A stretch of DNA of 64,000 nucleotides. Origin: Patescibacteria group bacterium. Lineage in GTDB: Bacteria > Patescibacteriota > Minisyncoccia > Phycocordibacterales > UBA9973. The DNA lies in NCBI GenBank assembly GCA_040384805.1, contig JAZKIP010000001.1, positions 133,864-197,863 on the forward strand, given 5' to 3'. Numbering within the stretch: the first letter of the stretch is position 1; each line of letters opens with the position of its first letter. The notes under the pieces were generated by a model that was given only the letters and a program-made list of their open reading frames with translations, was not told where the DNA came from and ran no database searches. A program made the translations under genes and the position numbers. Shown here piece after piece: positions 56,452 to 64,000 of this stretch.

Positions 56452-57457
56452 TTTTTAAATTAAAAAGCTCTGTAGCATTGAATGCTTTTAGTGTCTTTTC
56501 TTTTCCTTGAAAGAATCGCGCAAGCGATCGCACTTGATCTTCCATGATCTGCTTGAGCGTATACTGTTTGCCTTTCCATATCACTTTTTCCTCCCAACGA
56601 TTTAAAATGGCTTCCGTGATGATAGCTATTCCTTCGGGCGAAAGTTTATATTTACCCTTGCCGATTGATTCAAACAATGACCGTTTACTCATTTTCTTTT
56701 CAATTATGAGCTGAAAGAGCACAGAGTCAACCACCGGCACCCGAAATTCTTCCACCAAATCGCAGACAAGCGCCGGTTTGCCGTACCGTTCTGTATGACA
56801 AAGACCGAAATAAGGATCAAGACCTACATAGAGGCATAATCGTTCCATTTCAGTATACAAAAAACCGTAACCATAATTAATAATATTGTTAAATTTATCC
56901 CCTCGTTTTCTGTCACGACCAGCGAAACGAATCAGTTTCCGAAGAGCAAAGAAATACGTGTTAGCAATTTGTCCTTCAATCCCCATGAGCTGATCTCGAT
57001 TCTTAGGATGATTCGGAATTGTATCTACTGTTTTAAGTATCGCTTCGCATTGTAAGATCTCTGTAGAAAAATCCTTTTTATATTTATAACCCAAATATCG
57101 CAAATGCAATATTTGATTAGTGCATTTACCTTTTATAAAAATCTTGGCAATGCTAAAAGATTCAGGAGATGTGGAAACTTCAAGCTGAGCGCGACGCAAA
57201 CTTGCAATTCCTTTTGGGGCACTTGAAAAGATTCTGCCGATAGGTATAGCGCGAAAATCCATATATACAATATCAACTTCGTGTTTAAGGGCGAGCTCAA
57301 CAGCAGCAGTAGTAAGAGAAGCGGGCCGGAGAATACGTATCTTTTCAACTCGTATCGCCGGATATTCCTTCTTCTCCTTCATCTTTGGGAACGTGAGAAC
57401 AAAACGTTCTCCACTTGCACGAATACTTGTACCATATTCATTGACGATTATATCCAT
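56444..57457 (-). CDS. cas1: CRISPR-associated endonuclease Cas1
   Basis: Hallmark C-terminal motifs NNIINYGYGFLYTEMERLCLYVGLDPYFGLCHTERYGKPALVCDLVEEFRVPVVDSVLFQLI (Cas1 NYGY...GLDP..G.LH...R.sL..DL.EeFRp..vD). N-terminal beta-rich domain. 337 aa. Confidence 0.9.
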   Translation of the reverse strand: MDIIVNEYGTSIRASGERFVLTFPKMKEKKEYPAIRVEKIRILRPASLTTAAVELALKHEVDIVYMDFRAIPIGRIFSSAPKGIASLRRAQLEVSTSPESFSIAKIFIKGKCTNQILHLRYLGYKYKKDFSTEILQCEAILKTVDTIPNHPKNRDQLMGIEGQIANTYFFALRKLIRFAGRDRKRGDKFNNIINYGYGFLYTEMERLCLYVGLDPYFGLCHTERYGKPALVCDLVEEFRVPVVDSVLFQLIIEKKMSKRSLFESIGKGKYKLSPEGIAIITEAILNRWEEKVIWKGKQYTLKQIMEDQVRSLARFFQGKEKTLKAFNATELFNLKNE

Positions 57458-57503
57458 ATATTTTAGGGATAAATAATAAACACATTATATTACAGAACGT
57501 CCA

Positions 57504-57613
57504 ATTTGTCAATAATATCTATTCACTGTTATAATGACCCAATCATGGATTCAAAGTTTATTCACCTCCACACTCATTCCCACTATTCCCTCCTCGACGG
57601 ATTGTCCAAAATC
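57504..57613 (+). repeat. Right 110-bp direct repeat: the native dnaE promoter and 5' coding region
   Basis: See 44458..44567. -35 TTGTCA and -10 TTATAAT lie upstream of the dnaE ATG at 57545. Confidence 0.9.
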
Positions 57614-60600
57614 GAAGACATGGTCAGGATCGTCAAAGAGCACGGCATGGGTGCACTTGCCGTCACCGATCACGGCAATATGTACGGCGCGATCGAACTC
57701 TACAAAGAATGCAAGAAACAAGGCATAAAACCGATCATCGGTGTTGAAGCGTATATCGCTGAACGCGGGCGTAAGGATAAGGAGCCGGGTGTCGATAACA
57801 AACGCTATCACCTGACACTTCTTGCCAAGAATCTTCAAGGGTACAAGAATCTCATGCGCCTTGTCACGCTTGCCAATCTTGAAGGATATTACTACAAGCC
57901 TCGCATGGACAAAGAGATCCTCAGGCAATATCATGAGGGTATTATATGCCTCTCGGGCTGCATGGGCAGTCAATTGTCTCAAGCAGTTCTTTCCGGCAAC
58001 ACTGAACGCCAGGAAATGCTCATCAAGGAGCATCAGAGTATATTTGGCGCTGAGAATTACTTCCTCGAGCTACACTCGCATCCCCATATCGAAGGAGATA
58101 AAAAGCTCCGCGACGGAATTATTGCTCTCGGACGGAAATTCAACATACCGCTCGTTGCAGCACAGGACTCCCACTACCCGTGCAAAGACGATCACGAGGC
58201 CCATCATACACTTCTTCAGGTCAATACCGGATCCGAAGGCAAGGACACCGGCAAATTCGAATTTTCTGAAGACGACTTTTCTCTTATCGATGAAAAAACC
58301 GCTCTTGAATATTTTGCAGATATTCCTGAAGCAGTCCCCAATACGCGCCTTGTGGCGGATCTTTGTGAAAACTATGATCTTGAGCTCGGCAAAGCATACT
58401 TCCCTGATTTTCCGATTCCGGAAGGGACAAATGCCGATGATATTCTTCGCGATTTGGCATACAAGGGATTCGAGTTCAGAGAATTGCCTCAGTCTCAGGA
58501 ATATACAGAGCGTCTTGAATACGAACTCGGCATTATCAAGCAAAAAGGATACCCAACATACTTTCTCGTAGTGGGAGATCTTCTTCGGTATGCCCGTGAG
58601 CACGGGATACTCACCAATATCCGAGGATCTGTCGCAGGATCGCTTGCGACCTATCTTTTAGGCATCACCAATGTCGATCCCCTCGACTATAAACTCCCGT
58701 TCGAACGATTCCTTAACCCTGAGCGTCCATCTCTCCCCGATATTGATATGGACTTTGCCGACAACCGCCGCGATGAGATTATCGCCTATGCAAAGCAGAA
58801 GTATGGCGAAGACAAGGTCGCCCAGATCGGAACGTTTGGTACCATGCTTGCTAAAGGTTCTGTTCGTGATGTCGCACGGGCGCTCGGATACCCTTATGCA
58901 GTTGGAGACCGAATCTCAACCATGATTCCGCTTGGCTCCCAAGGAATGCCGATGACGATCGAACACGCTTTTGAGCTTGTACCCGAACTTGCTGCAGCGT
59001 ATAAGAGCGAACCCGATACCAAGAAAATCATTGACCTTGCAAAGAAGATGGAAGGCTGCGTCCGCCATATCTCGGTCCATGCCGCAGGCGTCGTCATCGC
59101 TCCACGACCGCTCTATGAATTCTCGCCGATCCAGTTTGATCCGAAAGGAGGAAATATGATCACCCAATATGACATGTACAATATCGAAGATGCAGGACTT
59201 CCGAAATTCGACTTTCTCGGGATCCGCAACCTGGCAATTCTCGCCGATGCGGTAAAGCTCGTGAAAGAGCTTCATAATGTCGACATCGATCTTGATCGCA
59301 TTCCCCTTGAAGATAGGAAAACATTCGAAATGCTTGCCCGAGGAGAAACTATGGGCCTTTTCCAGCTCAACGGCTCTGGCATGACTCATTATCTTAAGGA
59401 GCTCCGGGCAACGACTATCCACGATATCAACGCCATGGTAGCCCTCTACCGCCCCGGACCGATCCAGTTCATTCCAATGTACATCGAGCGCAAGCATAAT
59501 CCTCGATTGATAAAATACTTGGATCCCGCGCTTGAGCCAATCCTCAAGCAGACATATGGAGTCCTTGTCTATCAGGATGATCTGCTTCTCATCGCGATAG
59601 AGATCGCCGGATACAGCTGGGGCGAAGCTGATAAGTTTCGAAAGGCGGTCGGAAAGAAGATCCCGAAAGAAATGGCCGAACAGAAGGATCGCTTCATCAA
59701 TGGCTGTGTCGAGCATAGCGGTTGGCCGCTTAAAAAGGCAACGGAACTCTGGAATCAGATCGAGCCGTTTGCCGCGTACGGTTTCAACAAGGCTCATTCG
59801 GCAAGCTACGGGCGGGTTGCATATCAGACGGCATATCTGAAGGCAAACTTCCCTGTCGAATACATGACGGCGATTATGACTGCCGAATCAGGAGACATCG
59901 AGAAGGTCGCCGAAATTGTGCACGAATGCCAGAAAATGAGCATCAACGTCCTTCCTCCGAACATTAATGAAAGCTTCGGCGGATTTACAGTGATAGTGGG
60001 GTCCGATAAGCCCGATGGACGGACGATCAGATTCGGTTTGCATACAATCAAGAATCTGGGCATAGACATTGCTGATTCGATTATCGAAGAACGCAAAAGA
60101 GGCGGCCCATTTAAATCATTGGCTGATTTCTTCGAGCGAATCAATCATAAGAATTTAAACAAAAAATCCGTTGAAGCGCTTGCCAAATCGGGCGCCATGG
60201 ATGATTTCGGCGATCGCAACATGATCATTGGCAATCTTGAAACTCTTTTAGCATTCAACAAAGAATTCCGTACCGTAGCGACGCAGGACTCTCTGTTCGG
60301 CTCTATCGGAGGCATCCAGACGACTCTTTCGCTCTCTCCTCAAGCGGAAACAACGATGAATGAAAAACTTGTATGGGAAAAGGATCTCCTAGGACTTTAT
60401 ATCTCAGGACATCCGCTTGATGCATACCGGGAGAAAATTGAGAAATTCGGAACACTCATCAAGAAGATAAAGGTAGAAACGCAGGTAGGCATGCCGGTAA
60501 CGGTCGCCTGCATCATCGACGATGTCCGCGTCATTACAACGAAAAAAGGTGATCGCATGGCATTTATAAAGGTTTCAGACCATAGCGGATCGATCGACGG

Positions 60601-60733
60601 CGTTCTTTTCAGCAAGCTTTTCGAAGGCCACAAGGATATTCTCATAAACGACACCATCATCGCCCTTCAAGCGAAAGTCACTGAGCGCAACGGCGACAAA
60701 AGCTTAATGATCGAAAGCCTAAAGAAAATATAA
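57545..60733 (+). CDS. dnaE: DNA polymerase III alpha subunit. Start placed at MDSKFIHLH.
   Basis: PHP domain (HLHTHSHYSLLDG), the polymerase core (GSVAGSLATYLLGIT...PDIDMDF), HhH and OB regions. 1063 aa from 57545. Confidence 0.95.
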   Translation: MDSKFIHLHTHSHYSLLDGLSKIEDMVRIVKEHGMGALAVTDHGNMYGAIELYKECKKQGIKPIIGVEAYIAERGRKDKEPGVDNKRYHLTLLAKNLQGYKNLMRLVTLANLEGYYYKPRMDKEILRQYHEGIICLSGCMGSQLSQAVLSGNTERQEMLIKEHQSIFGAENYFLELHSHPHIEGDKKLRDGIIALGRKFNIPLVAAQDSHYPCKDDHEAHHTLLQVNTGSEGKDTGKFEFSEDDFSLIDEKTALEYFADIPEAVPNTRLVADLCENYDLELGKAYFPDFPIPEGTNADDILRDLAYKGFEFRELPQSQEYTERLEYELGIIKQKGYPTYFLVVGDLLRYAREHGILTNIRGSVAGSLATYLLGITNVDPLDYKLPFERFLNPERPSLPDIDMDFADNRRDEIIAYAKQKYGEDKVAQIGTFGTMLAKGSVRDVARALGYPYAVGDRISTMIPLGSQGMPMTIEHAFELVPELAAAYKSEPDTKKIIDLAKKMEGCVRHISVHAAGVVIAPRPLYEFSPIQFDPKGGNMITQYDMYNIEDAGLPKFDFLGIRNLAILADAVKLVKELHNVDIDLDRIPLEDRKTFEMLARGETMGLFQLNGSGMTHYLKELRATTIHDINAMVALYRPGPIQFIPMYIERKHNPRLIKYLDPALEPILKQTYGVLVYQDDLLLIAIEIAGYSWGEADKFRKAVGKKIPKEMAEQKDRFINGCVEHSGWPLKKATELWNQIEPFAAYGFNKAHSASYGRVAYQTAYLKANFPVEYMTAIMTAESGDIEKVAEIVHECQKMSINVLPPNINESFGGFTVIVGSDKPDGRTIRFGLHTIKNLGIDIADSIIEERKRGGPFKSLADFFERINHKNLNKKSVEALAKSGAMDDFGDRNMIIGNLETLLAFNKEFRTVATQDSLFGSIGGIQTTLSLSPQAETTMNEKLVWEKDLLGLYISGHPLDAYREKIEKFGTLIKKIKVETQVGMPVTVACIIDDVRVITTKKGDRMAFIKVSDHSGSIDGVLFSKLFEGHKDILINDTIIALQAKVTERNGDKSLMIESLKKI

Positions 60734-60760
60734 AACCCGCCCTTAATAAGGGCGGGTTTT
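60732..60760. terminator. Bidirectional terminator after dnaE
   Basis: AAAACCCGCCCTTAATAAGGGCGGGTTTT. Confidence 0.6.
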
Positions 60761-60770
60761 ATATTTGTAT

Positions 60771-61343
60771 TTAAATTACATCCTGGCCGTCGATCATTTT
60801 CATGATACGGACGACTTCTTTCGGGTAATTTGGTATGACTGAGTTATATTTTCGTAATATTTGAAGAGTATCTTTCCCGTCATAGTAGTGAGCGGTGCCG
60901 ACATGGTTTCCTCCGAGGCTTGCCGATACCCTTTCGATCGCTTCGTCAACTGATTTGAAGTTGATCTTGCATGAACCATAGCCCAAGAAACTATTAGTCA
61001 CTTTCTTGCAGGCATGCCGGGCAAAGGTAGATTCACGGCCTGCAATTGCGACAAGAAGACGCCAATCGAGGTCATTTTTCTCGGCTTCGGTCACGAATTT
61101 CATTCCGTAACCCGCAAGCGGAGAGTCATAGGACTCAAGGAACTCATCAATGGCACGAGCGCGCTCTATGCGTATCTGGTCTTCCGGCGTTGTTATCGCA
61201 GGAGCCGGAGATTCGGCATTTTGGCTTACGCTTGCAATCGGCGCCTGTACCGGGATCGGCACAACTCCTGTAAGAGGACTTGCGACGGCCAACATCGGTA
61301 TGGCAACGAACGACTGCAGGAACTTTGTTATATTTTTATTCAT
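60771..61343 (-). CDS. Hypothetical secreted protein. Start placed at MNKNITKF; the ORF track extends to 61418.
   Basis: Signal peptide FLQSFVAIPMLAVASP. Weak resemblance to peptidoglycan-hydrolase-type domains (LLVAIAGRESTF). Not confidently assignable. Confidence 0.4.
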   Translation of the reverse strand: MNKNITKFLQSFVAIPMLAVASPLTGVVPIPVQAPIASVSQNAESPAPAITTPEDQIRIERARAIDEFLESYDSPLAGYGMKFVTEAEKNDLDWRLLVAIAGRESTFARHACKKVTNSFLGYGSCKINFKSVDEAIERVSASLGGNHVGTAHYYDGKDTLQILRKYNSVIPNYPKEVVRIMKMIDGQDVI

Positions 61344-61756
61344 AGTGTGGCGGTTATGCTCCGCCAAACCCCTCGACTGGACTCTGATATCTGCCTCCGT
61401 AAGGAAAGCTGACACCAAAATAAAAAGCCCTTATATATCATCACTGTAATGACAACATATGTGGACTGCGCATATAGTAGCACAAAGCATTATAAAAGTC
61501 AATAGTTATACCACTCTTTTAGGTATCGTCAAATATAAAATACCCTTATATTGTAAGGGTATTTTCTCTATTTATCCTTGACTAATTTTAACAAATATTA
61601 TCTAATTTGCCTTTAGAAACAAGCTTTTACGGGATTTTGACAGAAGTTTAGAAATACTTTATAAAAACTCTTAATATGTAAGGAGATATAGGTTTTTATT
61701 CCTTCCCTAAGCAAGCTTAGTAAAGCTTGCCGGGCGACCAGTAGCTTCCTAGTAGA

Positions 61757-64000
61757 CTACTGGTTTAGTCCATGACAATTTTTAAACTTCTTGCCAGATC
61801 CGCAATAACAAGGATCATTACGGCCGATTTTCGGCTTCCCTGCCTTGCTTGCTCCCGTACTTTCAGTTGAACTTTGAGATGAATTAAGGATAAATTCAGG
61901 TTCAACGGGAGCAAGAGTAACCATGGGAGCCTGTTCCGCCGCTTCGGCATTCATTGTCTTTATAAGAGAGGCTACCTGATCCTTGAATTGGACTTCCATC
62001 TCCTTGAAAAGATGTAGTCCTTCCTTCTTGTATTCTATGAGCGGTTCTCGCTGGCCATAAGCGCGCAAGTTAACAGATGAACGCATATAATCCATCGTTT
62101 CCAGATGTTCAACCCATAGCGTATCAGTCGTATATAAGGCAATACGACGAACAGTCTCAAAAAAGGCCGTGTCTCCGACTGCAGCGCGTTTTTGAACGAT
62201 AACATCTGCCAATTCTGGGTAGGCAGCAACTAATATATCAAGAAACGCCTGTAAAGCATCATACGTGCCCGCAAGCATGGTGCGGCGGCGTTCGTAGATG
62301 ATCTTGCGCTGGTGATTCATCACATTGTCATATTCGAGAGTGTGTTTGCGGGCATCAAAGTGGAATCCCTCGATCTTGGCCTGTGCACCCTCCAAGGTAC
62401 TTGAAATGAATCGATTGTCGATCGGCTGCTCTTCAGGTATGCCAAATCGGCCCATCATCTTTTTAATGCGGTCAGATCCGAAGATGCGCATAAGATCGTC
62501 TTCGAGTGATACGAAGAACTGTGTTTCGCCCGGATCCCCTTGGCGTCCCGCGCGGCCGCGGAGCTGATTGTCGATGCGACGGGCCTCGTGGCGCTCAGTT
62601 CCCAAAACAAACAATCCTCCGAGAGCTTTAACTTCCTCGTAGTGAGCGTCATCATACGGAACGCCTCCGAGCTTGATGTCGACTCCGCGTCCTGCCATAT
62701 TTGTGGCGACTGTTACCGCGCTCTTTCGTCCCGCATTGGCGATGATTTCTCCTTCCCGTTCGTGATTCTTGGCATTAAGGACTGTATGAGGAACGCCCGC
62801 TTGGGTCAGGTATGCCGACAAAAGCTCGTTCTTCTCGATCGAAACGGTACCGATGAGGACTGGCTGGCCTTGATCATGCAATTTCTTGACTTTCTCGGCT
62901 ACGGCTTGCAATTTTCCTTTTTCTGTCTGATAAATAAGATCATTGTGATCATTGCGGTTAATCGGCCTGTGCGTCGGCACGACAACAACATCAAGACCGT
63001 AGACTTTGAAGAATTCCTCTTTGGAGGTTTCCGCAGTTCCTGTCATACCGGCAAGCTTGTCGTAAAATCGGAAGTAATTCTGGAAGGTAATAGACGCAAC
63101 GGCGCGGGTTTCCTTTTCAATCTTAACGCCTTCCTTTGCTTCAATAGCCTGATGAAGCCCCTCGCTCCAGCGGCGCCCCGGCTGCATGCGGCCGGTAAAT
63201 GAGTCGACAATGATGACTTCGCCGTCTTTGACGACATAATCTTTGTTGTTTTCATAAAGAGCTCGCGCTTTAACCGCCGTTTCAAGATGATGAACATATT
63301 TAATACCTTTCTCAGTATAGATATTCGAAATACCTAAGAGATCCTCGGCTTTCGTAATGCCGACATCGGAAAGTGATACTGCCTTGAGCTTCTCATCAAC
63401 CGTATAATCCGTATCCTTGATAAGTTTCTTGGAGATATCGGCAAATGTATAATAAAGATCTTCCGAATCCTGCGCAGGGGCTGAAATGATAAGAGGAGTG
63501 CGAGATTCATCGATCAAGATCGAGTCCACCTCGTCAACGATCGCATAACTATGCCCTCTCTGGACCATATCGCCTGCACTTTGAACAAGATTGTCCCGAA
63601 GGTAATCGAAACCGAATTCATTGTTCGTGCCATATGTGATATCGCACTCGTATGCCTCGCGACGCGAACACGGACGCAGGAATTCATAGAGAACTTTGAA
63701 AGAACTCAAGTCTTCCGTTCCCTCCTCTTCCGGGGTCTTGTGCGATGGATCGAAAACGTAGGATGTATTTTGGGAATTTACCACGCCGACAGTCATGCCC
63801 AAGAGCGCGAATACCGGACCCATCCACACTGCATCACGACGCGACAGGTAGTCGTTGACGGTCACGATATGGACACCTTTTCCGGTAAGCGCGTTGAGAT
63901 AGGCGGGCGATGTCGCAACCAAGGTTTTCCCTTCTCCTGTCCGCATTTCGGCGATACTCTTTTCATGGAGCGCCATGCCTCCGATAAGCTGTACATCGTA
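61757..64000 (-). CDS. secA: Preprotein translocase ATPase SecA (N-terminus beyond the window)
   Basis: MALHEKSIAEMRTGEGKTLVATSPAYLNAL is the internal SecA Walker-A region. The reading frame is open to the window end. C-terminal zinc finger CYCGSGKKFKNCHG. Confidence 0.95.
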   Translation of the reverse strand, partial: YDVQLIGGMALHEKSIAEMRTGEGKTLVATSPAYLNALTGKGVHIVTVNDYLSRRDAVWMGPVFALLGMTVGVVNSQNTSYVFDPSHKTPEEEGTEDLSSFKVLYEFLRPCSRREAYECDITYGTNNEFGFDYLRDNLVQSAGDMVQRGHSYAIVDEVDSILIDESRTPLIISAPAQDSEDLYYTFADISKKLIKDTDYTVDEKLKAVSLSDVGITKAEDLLGISNIYTEKGIKYVHHLETAVKARALYENNKDYVVKDGEVIIVDSFTGRMQPGRRWSEGLHQAIEAKEGVKIEKETRAVASITFQNYFRFYDKLAGMTGTAETSKEEFFKVYGLDVVVVPTHRPINRNDHNDLIYQTEKGKLQAVAEKVKKLHDQGQPVLIGTVSIEKNELLSAYLTQAGVPHTVLNAKNHEREGEIIANAGRKSAVTVATNMAGRGVDIKLGGVPYDDAHYEEVKALGGLFVLGTERHEARRIDNQLRGRAGRQGDPGETQFFVSLEDDLMRIFGSDRIKKMMGRFGIPEEQPIDNRFISSTLEGAQAKIEGFHFDARKHTLEYDNVMNHQRKIIYERRRTMLAGTYDALQAFLDILVAAYPELADVIVQKRAAVGDTAFFETVRRIALYTTDTLWVEHLETMDYMRSSVNLRAYGQREPLIEYKKEGLHLFKEMEVQFKDQVASLIKTMNAEAAEQAPMVTLAPVEPEFILNSSQSSTESTGASKAGKPKIGRNDPCYCGSGKKFKNCHGLNQ

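Noticed and set aside
1-64000. Alternative genetic code (UGA recoding) as seen in some CPR lineages
   Set aside because: Long housekeeping ORFs (gyrA 817 aa, dnaE 1063 aa, pepN 892 aa, secA) are uninterrupted and terminate with standard stops in the provided translation. There is no evidence for recoding.

Overview
The window is 64 kb of a small-genome bacterium that uses the standard genetic code. Long housekeeping ORFs (gyrA, dnaE, secA) end on canonical stop codons. The gene content is consistent with a CPR/Patescibacteria-like or other reduced monoderm lineage, notably the tandem T4SS-type pilin paralogs and the zinc-finger SecA. I cannot assign taxonomy from the sequence alone.

The housekeeping backbone is:
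- ftsZ (5'-partial), trxB, a GlmU-like nucleotidyltransferase
- tRNA-Val, tRNA-Ser, tRNA-Glu, tRNA-Asn
- gyrA, rpsA, pth, lepB, hisS, def, fmt, hpf
- a guaB-purA-guaA operon, an MsbA-like ABC exporter
- gdhA, purH, pepN, rnhB, dnaE, secA (partial)

Three accessory regions interrupt this backbone.

(i) 3.2-5.5 kb: a small AT-rich islet bracketed by the tRNA-Val/Ser cluster and tRNA-Glu. It carries a retropepsin-like aspartic protease.

(ii) 30.0-37.8 kb: a cassette-like island downstream of tRNA-Asn. About seven small genes are separated at a regular ~0.68 kb pitch by copies of a tRNA-3'-end-like hairpin repeat. Two ~175-nt structured elements lie among them; they show compensatory substitutions and contain an antisense copy of the tRNA-Asn 3' end.

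(iii) 44.46-57.61 kb: the most unusual locus. A cas1-cas2 adaptation module sits next to 10 perfectly identical 37-bp direct repeats (GTTGCACAACCTCCTTTTAACGACACTAGTATGCAAG). The nine intervening 'spacers' are 0.22-2.28 kb long and consist of mobile-element-like DNA. Their contents include:
- truncated ardC-like antirestriction genes
- a truncated potD-like fragment
- a complete SET-domain gene
- related fragments captured in opposite orientations in different spacers

The whole module is inserted at the promoter and 5' end of dnaE and is bounded by 110-bp direct repeats of that dnaE 5' region. No effector cas gene and no leader are visible. This looks like a CRISPR-like 'mega-spacer' array and should be checked against an assembly artefact.

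Smaller observations:
- a 45-nt GC-rich/palindromic motif in three 5' regions, two of them tRNA transcription units
- a duplicated ~130-bp inverted-repeat leader that sequesters the start codons of hisS and an SBP gene
- four tandem pilin-like paralogs
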